From positions 47,492,001 through 47,556,000 of the forward strand of contig NC_043003.1 in the NCBI RefSeq assembly GCF_006345805.1: a DNA stretch of 64,000 nucleotides, in the 5' to 3' direction. The notes below the pieces were generated by a model, which saw only the letters and a list, made by a program, of their open reading frames with translations, was not told where the DNA came from and did not search any database. Positions within the stretch are counted from its first letter, which is position 1. Each line of letters starts with the position of its first letter. Both the position numbers and the translations under genes were made by a program. Origin of the DNA: Octopus sinensis (taxonomy: Eukaryota). Positions 12,809 to 25,249 of the stretch are shown piece by piece.

Positions 12809-13037
12809 TTTACCTGTCAGCATTCAGATTACTCTGTCAAATGTAATGTTTATTTATTCACATTGTTTTGAATTAACCATGCATTATCTCACAACTTCAA
12901 GAGTTCAGTGATATGATTATTTACTTTTAAAATGACATTGCAGAATTATATGTAAGAGGCCAGATACAGCCAATTTCAACATAAAACATGTAGAATATTT
13001 GGGCCAGATATTACTGGTTTAAATACTAAAGGGTTAA
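12809..13037. mobile_element. piggyBac-like (TTAA) MITE in GnRH intron 1
   Basis: Right end AATACTAAAGGGTTAA, degenerate left end TTTACCTGTCAGCATT; ~230 bp. Confidence 0.65.
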
Positions 13038-13396
13038 GCTGTTATGTAGTTGGAGATATATTTATCTCCAATAACAGCACCATATTTATCATCATTATCA
13101 TCTGCTTGTCTAAAATTTATAGTCTGTTAGCTGAATGTATTTTACTATAGTTATCATCATCACTGCCACATGCTGATGTTTAGTGTTTATTTAAACTGGA
13201 ATTATTATTGTGCAGATTTAGTTTTCTTCTGTGTACACGGTGTTGATATGTGAATGGATTATGCAGCTATTCATATATGTATATAACACAAACTACAGAT
13301 CTCTCTCCCTGATAATAAACTATAATTCTCTCTCTCTGATAATAAACTACAGATCCCTCTGTAGGAATTTGTTGCTATATATATATATATATATAT

Positions 13397-13431
13397 CAGA
13401 AATACTAAATTTCTAAATCTCTCGTAGAGAC

Positions 13432-13477
<46 letters not shown>

Positions 13478-13508
13478 AATACTAAATTTCTAAATCTCTC
13501 GTAGAGAC

Positions 13509-13511
<3 letters not shown>
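13397..13511. repeat. Exact 38-bp direct duplication separated by (TA)n
   Basis: CAGAAATACTAAATTTCTAAATCTCTCGTAGAGACATG at 13397-13434 and 13474-13511. Confidence 0.95.
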
Positions 13512-13544
<33 letters not shown>

Positions 13545-13856
13545 TATGTTGTATATATGTTTTTCTCTATGTGTGTTGGGTATACAAATTGCTATATCTG
13601 TGTGCTAGTGCATGCATATTGTTGTATAAATGTATTGAAATGTGTACTGTATTTTATATAAATTGTTATATATGTGGTTTAGATATGCACATTGCTGTAT
13701 GTGTGTGCTGGTGTGTGGCACATGTATGAAAGCAATCTCTTGGACAAACGAAATGATCAACAAAGCAAAACAGACACTGCTGTACACATTAACCGTTTGA
13801 CAGTTGAAAAGTTTTTTTTTGTTATGTTTTTTGTCATTATGTTCCTGTTATATGAA

Positions 13857-14390
13857 AGCCAGTGAGTTGGCAGAATCATTAGCATGCCAGATAATATGCT
13901 TAGTAGCATTTCGTCTGTCTTTACATTCTGAGTTCAAATTCCACTAAAGCTGACTTTGCCTTTCATCCTTTTGGGGTTCTTAAAATAAGTACCAGTTGTA
14001 CACTGGAGTCAATGTAAACAATTGCCCCCCCCCCCCCCCCCCGCCGCTACAGTTGCTGCCTTATGCCAAAATTTGAACCCATTATTTTCCTGTCACACAC
14101 ACACAACATTGATGTTCATTATTGGTAGATGAAACTAAAGCTTCACTGCATCAAGTCTGAAACATTCAGAATGAAACATTCAACAGGCAAAATGCTTAGC
14201 AGTATTTCACCCATTGCTACGTTCTGAGTTCAAATTCCACCAAGGTCAACATTGCCTTTCATCCTTTAGGGGCCAATAAATTAAGTACCAGTTGAGTACT
14301 GGGGTTGATGTGACTGACTTCCCCCCTCCTCACAAAATTCAGGCCATGTGCCTATAATAGAAAGGATTATTATTATTATTATTATTATAT
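13857..14390 (+). mobile_element. Two family-A SINE copies in GnRH intron 1
   Basis: Copies at ~13857-14085 and ~14185-14390. Confidence 0.8.
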
Positions 14391-14399
14391 CAACCCTTG

Positions 14400-15000
14400 C
14401 ATTCTATTGAGGGTTAGTGGTGAGCAAAACTGATGATGTTGAAAAGAGTCTAGGCATCAATGAAGAGAAACTTAACACTTTGTCCTGGAAGACCTACAGC
14501 CTGAGAAGTGTGGTTGACTTCCATGAATCCCTGGCTTAGCAGTGCTACTAGGAGAGCATTATCAGGTTGGGGAAAAAACTGTACAGAAATGGAAATACTG
14601 TCAGCTGGGCCTGTCTAAGATGTATGCTGAGTAATGAAACCACACTGTTTGCACATATTCAGTTCCAAACATTTCTGATTTCTGGAGTTATGTCAAACAG
14701 TTGCTGTCACATAAAAGACATGGTTCTTAGCTGAGTCTATTACGAGGATTACTTTGCCATCTTCCTTTGTCCAAGAAGGATAGGCAGTTTTCTTCTGCTA
14801 GTGGTTATAGTAAAAGAGATGTACTGTAAGAGCCAAGTTCTTAACTTCTTCAAGCTTCATTTGAAGAGGAAGGTAAGGGTTGAGAGGGAGGTGTCATCTT
14901 CCAGAAAATATGCTGGAAAGTAGAAATAGTTGTCTGGGGTTGTCAAAGTTATCTGGTATATGTGAGGATTTGTTCCTTTTTTGACCTCAGATGGTTGTCC
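14400..15000 (-). mobile_element. Possible CR1-like LINE remnant in GnRH intron 1
   Basis: Minus FLEDDTSLS (YADD-like) and a W...L..FQDKV tail; very decayed. Confidence 0.35.
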
Positions 15001-16084
15001 CCTATTGGGACATCTGTTTCATTTTCATATTTTCTACAAAAGTATTATATACTTTTGCTTTCTATGTTGGCTTGATTTCATACAAACATACATTTAGTAA
15101 TTTGTTTCTGTAATGTTGCCTTCATCTACTGCGCTTCTGGCAAATAAGAAATAACTTTTATCATCATTATGAAGGGCAAAAACTGTAGACAGGCTAAATA
15201 CCATTTAGCAGTCAATTACAGTCCTCCTTGTTCTTAGTTCAAACTTCATTGGATTTGATTTTGATTTTCATCATTGCAAGATTGATGAAATAAAGTACCA
15301 GTAAAGTACAAAGTCAGTTGAATTGACTGTACTTTTCCCCCAAAAATGTGGTCTTCTATCGAAATTAGAAATTAGTATTATTGAAGTTTGTCATTTGTTA
15401 CAAACAGTAGAGCACCAGATTAAATGCTTTGTAATATTTAGTTTCATCTTTTCATCTCTGAATTTTGAATTGAAATTTCCCAATGATTGAATTTATCTTT
15501 TAGGGTCAGTAAAATAAGCATAAGACATAAGCCAAGATTAATACAGCTGATTGACTGTTTACCCTCACCCTAAAAATCCTTGGTTTTTTGCTAGTATTAA
15601 AAATTAATGTTAGGATTAGAAAGTATAATGGAGTATATAAAATAGTATATAAACTAAAATCTTCCAGTATTTAGTTCAAATCCTGCCAGTGTAGGGCCTT
15701 ATTCTTGGGTTGATTTGTAAGTATCAGTAGTATGCTGTGGTGAATTCAGTTGACTACACAATTTCCCTATAAATACATGGCCTAATGATAATTATATATG
15801 TTATATTATAGACTAAACTGGATACTATTAAACACTTGAGTTGGATTTCAAAAGCGAAAAGTATTGAGCTTGATTCATTAATACATTTTGTACCATTCTT
15901 CCCTCTGAATAAGATATTGGTGTTCAGAATGTAGTTGTTGTGTGAACTTTAAACAAATAATTTGGTGTGAGAAGATATTTATATATAAATTAGTAAGAGA
16001 GAAAAAACGAGAATTAGAATACAGTAATTAAATCATATAATATCAGCTAAAGAAAAAGTAGTGTTATGTAATATCCTTTCTGCA

Positions 16085-16290
16085 ATACGCACAAGGCCTG
16101 AAATTTTGTGGAAGGAGGCTGGTTGATTACATCAGCTCCAGCATTCGAACTGGTACTTATTTTATCAACCCTGAAAGGATGAAAGGCAATGCTGACCTCG
16201 ACAGAATTTGAACTCAGAATCTAAAAGCAGAAGAAATGCTGTTAAGTATTCTGTCAAGTGGGGTAATGTTTCTGCCAGTTTGCCTCCTTA
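16085..16290 (-). mobile_element. Family-A SINE copy, opposite orientation, in GnRH intron 1
   Basis: CTGGTACTTATTTTATCAACCCTGAAAGGATGAAAGGC...ATTTGAACTCAGAATC. Confidence 0.8.
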
Positions 16291-16522
16291 TAGTGTGATG
16301 TAATATAATTTAAAAAAATTTTTAGTGGAAGCGTGGATTAGAAAACTCCAAAATACATATAGTATAGAAATAGCCCTCTTGTTTCTCTTTTTTTTAAGAT
16401 AGTTATTGAGAAGGAAAATCTATATGTGAAGTTAACAAATCAAGGTATAAGAGAGAGAGAGATAGAGAGACCATGTAAAAGAAATTTTGTTTTTTTAACA
16501 AAGGAAGATTTTGATATTTTAC

Positions 16523-16579
16523 CTTTAGTGTGGAACTTGAGTTTGTTCTATGTATCAGGTTCAGGACGCTGTTCAGAGT
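16523..16579 (-). other. GnRH: Putative non-coding exon 1 of the GnRH gene
   Basis: Initiator-like TCACTC (16576-16581, +1 A at 16579) 33 nt downstream of TATTTAAA; ends at donor CTAAAG|GTAAAA (intron starts 16522). The coding exon has an acceptor at 12475-12477, so an upstream exon is required. Not confirmed by transcript data. Confidence 0.6.
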
Positions 16580-16676
16580 GAAGGAATCTCCTGAAAGTGG
16601 TTCCTTTAAATAGAGAGATCTTGTCGCATCATCACCATCACTACAAGAACCACCTATTCTTCAGTGCTCCCGCCCA
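16576..16676 (-). promoter_or_regulatory. Putative GnRH core promoter: GC box, TATA-like box, Inr
   Basis: Minus strand TGGGCGGGAG (16667-16676), TATTTAAA (16605-16612), TCACTC (16576-16581) in canonical order and spacing. Confidence 0.55.
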
Positions 16677-17264
16677 AACTGTTGCATAAATCTAGAAACA
16701 AACACTGACAACAACAACATCAACCACAACAACAATAATACTGATGCAGTATAAGCAATAGGTGGTCATGATGACAATGATAATGATGATGATAGAGATG
16801 AGGATGATGTGCAAATGTATTATTTAGCAACAAAGGTGGGAAGGCCATGGAATTGCCCAAACAAATCATTTCTGACATTGTCAACCTGGTGGTGGTGGAG
16901 GTGTCAATGATGCTGCATTTTTGATGATGTAGTGTTGTTGTGATGGTGAAAGAGGTGAGTTAAGGAAAGTGAAAGTTAGTGGATTGGGTGAGTGTGGGGT
17001 CTGAAATTTTTATGTGTCTCTACTGCGTATGTATGTGTATTATGCCTGTATTCACGAATAATTGTTTTTATGTGTGTGTCTTGGTATATGCTTTTATACA
17101 CACACACACACACATTTGTATGTATGTCATGTTACTCTTACCATAATTGATATCCATTTGTTTTTTTCCATACATAATGCATAATAGAACTATGTAACAT
17201 GCCTAGGTACATATATATTTGCATGTATAAGCAAATACACATATACACACTTATATAAATAAAG

Positions 17265-17310
<46 letters not shown>

Positions 17311-17659
17311 TACACTTATATAAATAAATAAATACACATACATATGTGTGTGAGTGTATTTTATGTATGTATGTAAACATACACATAAACATACATACAA
17401 AAGTGATGGAATTATGTCCCTCCCCACCTTATAGAATTTTTCAGCTCCACCTCCTCATTGTTGGTGATGCAGCATGCTACTGGTTTGTGTCCATGTGATG
17501 AGGATGCAGTCAGAGTGCAGGCGTAGATGCCTGTGGAGAGGTGTGGCAGAACTGTAGCGAGGAAGGAAAAGGAAGATGAGGAGGGAACTTAGTGCTGTGG
17601 GTTGTCTTTATACTCTCTGGCCACTGGTCAGTCACTTGTTCTCGGTACATGCATACATA

Positions 17660-17788
17660 CACAAACACACACACACACACACACACATTCAGTTATACAC
17701 CCATTCATTTATAACACCCACTCATTTGATCACACCTTCACATACACATGAACAGACACACGCACACACACATCAATGCATACGTACA

Positions 17789-17831
<43 letters not shown>

Positions 17832-17954
17832 CAAGGTAAATATTTATGTACTTGTGAAAATGTAGAAAATTCAAATGCATATATATATATATATATTACA
17901 TGTGTGTACACGCCTGCGTGTGTGTGTACATGTATATATATATATGTGCATATA

Positions 17955-17998
<44 letters not shown>

Positions 17999-18175
17999 TA
18001 TATACACATACATACATGTCATTCAATTATCGTGTAAGTGGTTGTGTACATACACACACACACACACTGACTAACAAACACATTGTTATATAAAAGCACA
18101 CATTTAAAACAATGACACATACGCATATACAAATATGTCAATAGTATAATAAATGCATAATCTTTATAAATGCGT

Positions 18176-18220
<45 letters not shown>
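17660..18220. repeat. Compound (CA)n/(TA)n/(TG)n microsatellite block
   Basis: Direct reading. Confidence 0.95.
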
Positions 18221-18222
<2 letters not shown>

Positions 18223-19439
18223 GACATGCATGTATGTTGTAAATGGTTCTGCATCAATTTCAACGATGAATATTCCTTTTGTTTTGATCAACTAAACTAA
18301 CTAATCTTTGAATTAGAATGTAGGTGGCTGTGTACTCCACAGATGCATATACACTTAATTTAATTCTCAGCCAGGATTTGCATGGCAGTGTGTGACAAGA
18401 CTGGTCCTTTGAATTATAGATTCTGTCCATCCAATAGGCTTCTATGGTTTGCGTCTACACTTTTTCACTTACAAAGCTTGAGTCGACCCAAGGTGATTGC
18501 AAAAAGTACTTTGCCAAGATGCTGAGTAGTGGGATTGAACCTTGGATCTCATGAATGCAAAGTAGAATTCTTAACTACTTGGATAGTCTACATCCTGTTA
18601 TACACATTAAACAAACATATACCTGCATATTGTATACACTAAAAACAAAAAAAAAACACCCTTACAACTACGCATATGCAAAAATATAAATATACATATA
18701 TAGTTATCAATACATTCATATTGATAGATACATGATCATCACCATCACTGTCATCATTTTAAAGTTTGCTTTTTCCACATTTGCATGGGTTGGATGGAGT
18801 TTATTGGGGTGGATTTCCTATGGCTGGATGTCCTTCCTCTTGTTAGCCCTCACCTGCTTCTAAGTAAGGTAATATTTCCCCTTCCTCCATGGTTAGTCAT
18901 ATTTTTGCAGAATATTAGAAATGAATGACTCTGCTCATATGAGAGTGAAAACTGATTCATGACTACTACGCAATGCCAAGACAAGGGGACAGACAAGGGG
19001 CACACACACACACACATGCACACTCAGAGGTTTCTTTTGGTTTCCATCTATCTAATCCACTCACAAAGCTTTAGGTGGCACAGAGTTGTAATAGAAGACA
19101 CTTGCTTCCAGGGTGCCATGCAGTGGGATTGAACCATGGCACTGAAGCTATGTGGTTGGGAAGCAACCATATTTACCACGCAGCTATGTCTGCACCTATA
19201 TATATTCATGCCTTAATTGATTAGATTTGTAGATCAGGCCATTGAATGATAATACATGAAACGAATTCACCCACGTTGTCACAACAGATGTAGCATCCAT
19301 GAAAACTACACAAAACATATATATTGCATGCTACAAAAATAACTCATAAGCTAGAACAGTTCATGTGTCTCACCAAACTACAAACTCGTAGTTGTTTTAC
19401 AAAAACCACATGAATGAAAATTATTCTTTTCAACATGAA

Positions 19440-19660
19440 ACCACAAACTAGCAAACCACAGAATGTACCTCAGGAAACAAATGTCCTGTACAAAATCGTG
19501 GAAGTTGTAAATTTCGTAACTAAGACTTCATAGCATTGGATACAAATCTTCACCTCTCATCCATTTAACTTGTATTTACAACAAGGAACTTTCACAACTC
19601 ATGATACAGTCATGAAAATACTAGTTGACAATCTACAATTTTGCATAGAATTCTTCAAAA
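19440..19660 (+). mobile_element. Possible Penelope GIY-YIG region remnant
   Basis: CTSGNKCPVQNRGSC...FHNS*YSHENTS*QSTILHRI resembles the Cys-rich pre-GIY-YIG segment; decayed. Confidence 0.3.
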
Positions 19661-19929
19661 AAGAAAAAAGAAAAAAAGATGAATAACTGTGTGAAATTTC
19701 CTCAGATTGAATAGTTGTATGATGTTTATGTGTATGCATGTGTGTGTGTATATATCATCACCATCATCATTTAACATCCATGTTCCATACTGGCTTAGAT
19801 TGGATTACTTAACAGGTTCCATTGGGTCAAAGGACTACATCATGCTCCAGTGTCTGCTTTAGTATGTTTTTTTTTACTGGATGCCCTTTCTAACATCAAC
19901 CAATTTATAGTGTGTTCTGGGTGCTTATA

Positions 19930-19968
<39 letters not shown>

Positions 19969-20032
19969 ATTAGTGAATTGAAGAAATGGAGTTGAACGAA
20001 GATTGAACAGAAATCGTTTTATTGCATTCCAC

Positions 20033-20079
<47 letters not shown>

Positions 20080-20092
<13 letters not shown>

Positions 20093-20264
20093 TTAGAGAC
20101 AAAACCACTATTTTGCAAAACAAACAAGGAAAGACTTAATCAATACATAAAATTTTAATAAAAAGTAAAAAATAAAAAATAAAAAGTAAAATTTTATGTA
20201 TTGATTAAGTCTTTCCTTGTTTGCTTTGCAAAATAGTGGTTTTGTCTCTAATTAATATTATATA
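20080..20264. repeat. Near-perfect inverted repeat, 78-bp arms
   Basis: Arms 20080-20157 and 20187-20264, 1 mismatch, 29-nt A-rich spacer. Confidence 0.95.
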
Positions 20265-20598
20265 ATATTTTACTATAAAATTGGATTTAATCCTAAATCT
20301 GATTTTTTTTCCCTATAAATTTGGATTTATTCCCTAATATTTATTATTATATATATATATAATATAATATAAAGAGAGGAGATTGACATCCATATAATGA
20401 TAATCATTTCACAGCCTTAGTCATGGAAAAATAATTTATTTTAGTGTATAATAGATAATAAGTATCCTATATGCAGTATCAATATATACATTATTTATAT
20501 ATAGCAGTTGTTTGATTTATAAATTAATATGGGTAAAAAAAGCTTGTTCATCAGGTCAAAGAAAATTACGGTTATTTATATATGTATATATAGTATAT

Positions 20599-21003
20599 AT
20601 TCTTTTATTTGTTTCAGTAATTTGTCTGTGGCCATGCTGGAACACTGCCTTAATGAGTTTTTTAGTCAAAGAAATTGACCTCCAGCACTTATTCTTTGTA
20701 AGCCTAGTACTTATTCTTTGTAAGCCTAGTACTTATTCTCTTGGTATTTTTTGCTGAACTGCTAAGTTACGGGGGACATAAACGCACCAACATCGGTTGT
20801 CAAGTGATGGTGGGGAGACAAGCACAGACACACACACATATATGGCAAGCTCCTTTCTGTTTCTGTCTACCAATTCCACTCACAAGGCTTTGGTCAGCCC
20901 AAGGCTGTAGTAGAAGACACTTGCCCAAGGTGCCACGCAGTGGGACTGAACATGGAACCATATGGTTGGGAAGCAAGTTTCTCATCACACAGCCATGCCT
21001 GCA

Positions 21004-21005
<2 letters not shown>
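20599..21005 (-). mobile_element. Family-B SINE, full length, with 22-bp internal tandem duplication
   Basis: Reverse complement of the 37933-38348 layout; ACTTATTCTTTGTAAGCCTAGT repeated at ~20687-20730. Confidence 0.85.
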
Positions 21006-21060
<55 letters not shown>

Positions 21061-21210
21061 AAATTCAGTCATTCTATAGAGATCCATGTAATGGTGGAGG
21101 TGATAAAATTAATCAATTAAAAACTGCTGAATACAGCGCACCACCATGGCCACTGCCTGAAACTGATATAAAAAAATATAAGATAAAGAATTTATTATTA
21201 TTATTATTAT

Positions 21211-21528
21211 TCAGTAGTCTTATTTTTATCACATGCTTTCACTGCACTACCATGTACAGCTCTGTGTGCCTTGGGGATATGCTGTGGTTTGTTGTGGTGC
21301 TCTTATTTTCATGTATTGAAAGTGCTTTACGTAGGATGTGTGCGGTACCTAGTAGTGCTGTTTTCTGTATGTTATATACATTCATAAGTCCTAATGATTT
21401 TGTTATGTATTTATCTGAATGTTTTTTTAATCATACCTAATGCACCTACTATTATAGGAATTGTTTCTGTCTTTAGGCTCCACATTCAAGTTACTTCTAT
21501 TTCCAAATCTTTGTATATTGAGAGTTTT
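21211..21528 (-). mobile_element. R4/Dong-like LINE 3' end (restriction-like endonuclease tail)
   Basis: Minus: KLSIYKDLEIEVT*MWSLKTETIPIIVGALGMIKKHSDKYITKSLGLMNVYNIQKTALLGTAHILRKALSI; embedded in (TAA)n on both sides. Confidence 0.8.
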
Positions 21529-22260
21529 ATTATTATTATTGTTGTTACTGTTGTTATTATTATTATTGTTGTTATTATTATTATTGTTATTATTATTTTT
21601 TGGTTGGTTTTTGCTTTTTATTTGTACAAGTTGACTCCAAGTCTCACCCAGAGGCCTCAAGAGACAACAAGTTAGAAGTTCAAGTCAGTCTTATGACTAG
21701 GGTACCATATTTTTGATTTTGCAAAGAATATTGTTCTTGGGATTGTCTGTCAAAACATAAGAAAATTAAAATTATTATTATTATTATTATTATTATTTTG
21801 GTTTGGCTCAGATTTGGTCTTATTCCCAGTAGGATTTATGGGGGTAACAGGTTATTATTATTATAATTATTTCTATTATTATTATTATTGTTATTGTTAT
21901 TGTTGTTATGGCTGGGTTCCAACCTAGGCCAAAGAATATATGCACATCTGTTTAATGAGTTGGATGTTTTACAAAGATTTTTTATTGCACCAATCATAAA
22001 CACATGCACTGGTTCTGTTTCACTTCTTTGTTATTTGCCTTTTGGTTGGTTATTTGACCAACCGAATGAGCATTTGCTTGCTTAATTAGACAATTAAATA
22101 ATCAGTCAGTTGTCTTTCATTTACAACCTCATCAATGACACACTCGTCTCCTCTGAGACTGCTTCAAATCTGTTTGTCTTCGAATTGATACCTATGTTTA
22201 TGTAGTTGTGTGGTCATGTACTTGAGAAGAGAAGGGTGTGAGAAAAGGATGTATATTATA

Positions 22261-22446
22261 CTAGCTTCAGTTGGTTTGATCTCTAATTATTTACTAGTTT
22301 CAATTAGTTTGATCTTTGATTGTGCACTGGTTTGATCTCAGTTAGTGTATTAGTTTCAATTAGTTTGATCTTTAATTTATGCTAGTTTCAATTTGTTTGA
22401 TCTCTGATTGTATACCAGTTTCAGCTGCTTTGATCTCCGATTGTGC
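22261..22446. repeat. Degenerate ~33-bp minisatellite, about 6 units
   Basis: Recurring CTAGTTTCAATTAGTTTGATCT(C/T)TGATTGTG. Confidence 0.8.
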
Positions 22447-23159
22447 ATATTCAGAACACCCAAATAGTACTTAGTTGGATTTCAATTAGTAACCTTTATT
22501 TTCTGTGCTAAGGTTAATAACTATTATAGATTGAATCCTGTCTGTACTCTGTACTACTTATCTGGGAATAAAACATCTGATGGTGACCAGAGATCAAACT
22601 AATTGAAATGTCTAGATGTTAATATAAAAATAAAAATGTTCTACCTCTAGAGATGAGATTACTGGTTTGAAAAATGATGATCTTATTAACAACAATTTAT
22701 TCAGATATTTATATCTTTAATGTACTAATTCACTGTCGATTATTTAAGTTATTAGAAATGTTGCACATGGAATAATGGTCTACTACTTTACTGATTCTAT
22801 GATATTTTAGGTTGTGCACCAACAAAAACCATATAACTACATTATTTAAATCTTCTGAAGAACTAAGTAAATTTATATTTGTGTGTGTGTGTGTGTGTGT
22901 ATGTGTCTGGGTGTTGTCCAACACTTGCAGGCATGGGGAACAAGGACATAAAATGGTTACAGTGGTATATTCATGTTAAATCTTCTAATTCATATGTTTT
23001 CAGTATATTAATTGTCACAAAGTGCTATGTAAAATGCGGCGTGGAGTTGTACATTGAAATATACTGGAGAATAACGCAATCTATATGCATTGATATTTAA
23101 CGTAATATTTATAAACATAGATTGTGTATGGTATATGTAAGTGCATAACTGTGCAACAC

Positions 23160-23211
<52 letters not shown>

Positions 23212-23769
23212 TTTTCAGCAAGCAATAACCATGCCTCTAAAAATTCTCATTGTTCAGGCATGATTATGTGGATACAGACTTTTGTAGCGGAACTTCATAG
23301 TTTTGAGTTCAATATCATTGCAAGGCACCTTGGGCAAATTCTTTCTTGGAAGCAGGATTGGTAGATGGAAACTGTATGAAAGCCTCTTGTATGTGTGTGT
23401 GTGTAAATGTTTATTTTCCCTTGAGAAAAACTGGTGTTACACTAACATTCCCAGTCCTGCAAGTCTGTACTTTTGATGATAAGTAGAAGAAACAAATCTC
23501 TTGAAAAGGAAGTAAAGGTTTTTGATAGGAAGGACATCCAGTTGTAAAATAAGCTTCAGTAATATGTATTAGTCGAATCCATATTAGCATGGACAAATGG
23601 ATCAACTCTGTAATGTCGTTGGCATTAGGAAGGGCATCCAGCTGTAGAAACCTAGTCAAAATTGACAGTAGAGCTTGGTGTAGTCCTCTGACTTGTCAGC
23701 TCCTGTCAAACTGTCCAACCCATGCCAGCATAGAAAACAGATAATGATAATGACAATGATATATTTTGT

Positions 23770-25150
23770 GAACTGTTGAAATAGCTGATGTTTTTTTCTT
23801 TCTCCTTTTGTTGACCACCAGTATTGTGGTGTCAAATTTTCTACACATAACTTCACTGAGGCTAGCAGAGTCATGTACCTTGTCTAAGAGTCACTACACT
23901 GCTCCAGACAGTTGTTAAACTTAAATCAAACTTCCCAATGCTGTAGCTATTCAGCTGTTCCTAAAAATGGTTTCATGAAGTTTTCTTTGCCCATAAATCC
24001 AGACTATCCAATTATTGTCTTATTTCATTTAGGTGTCTCTGTTTCCTTCGTCCTTCTCTTCTCCCAGCCCTTTGTGTGTGTCTTCAGATCAAAGATAAAT
24101 ATACAGCCTGGAGCTTTACGCATACATCTATTTACCATTTCCTCTGTTCAGACTATATTACAATGAAATCAATAAAACACAATTTTTCTGATTTCTTAAT
24201 TTTTATTTTAGTTGCAATTTGTTTCAGACTATTTGTAGTCAGTGCTTTCCTTTCTTTGATTTTGGTGATTCAGTTCTTGTTAAAGTGACCATCAGTATCT
24301 AGTCTCATTTGTGGTTTAATTACTCTGGTATTTTGCCATCTCTTATTCATTGAGTTCCTTTTTTATTTTGTTTTGGGGTTTCTTTTTCTTGTTTTTATTT
24401 CCACTGTCCATGGTGGTCTACCATCTCTGTTAATTTTTCATCTTCTCCTTGTCATTGCCAGATAATGTGAATTATGCTGAAGAACTCACTTTTTTTGTTT
24501 GTTTTTGGAACTGAGGATAACTTGATCTCATCCATTGTTTCTGGAATTAAGATCAGTGGTACTTTGAGAACATCATTTTCTGCTGGTTGTAGCTTTTGTT
24601 GCAGTCTCTGCCGCTCACTTATTTACCATTCAATCTCAATTGAATTGAAAGCTCTCGGGTGCTTCTCTGTTACATGTGTAGCAGTTGTGTTTTCTGCCCT
24701 GCATCTCTAGTCTTATAACTTTTCTTTTTACATTCTTGATAGATCACATCTCCAGAATAGCTCTGTAGTTTTTGCAAGTCATTAGGACTTGTATGTCCAT
24801 ACATACCTACCTCACTGCAATTTATTCCTGTTAACCTTGGTGCTTACCCTTTGCTGTGTCACAAGAGCCAAAATAAGCTAAAGGTTCAATGTGCCAGTGC
24901 CAATATCTTTCACCTTGACACCACATTAAGTACTGTGACACGAATCTCTGGGATGGTGTGTTACACATCAGATCAACATACCATTTTGTTTCATCTTCAG
25001 TTTTGAATACCATGCACATTGTTCCTTACACTCTATTCCAGTTAATAGATGAGATATTGTTCCATATATTGGTGAGCATTACTTTCAGTTTTTGCTTTGA
25101 GATCACAAGGATCCCCACTCTGCTTCTGTTTGTGGCAAGACAGAAGTATG
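23770..25150 (-). mobile_element. Possible degenerate R4-like LINE middle region
   Basis: Scattered weak motifs (INW..., HPRD...GVKVKD, HD...MCRKF); heavily decayed. Confidence 0.3.
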
Positions 25151-25249
25151 TTATTATCCTTTTTGTCAGTTATTCAGTGAATTCTTAGTAAACATAACCA
25201 ACTGACTCTGTAGGGGCAGGGTAAATTAAAGAAAGAAGAGAAAGATAGT

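Noticed and set aside
22261-22446. Repeat array as CRISPR-like
   Set aside because: Units are contiguous and degenerate with no unique spacers; eukaryotic context.
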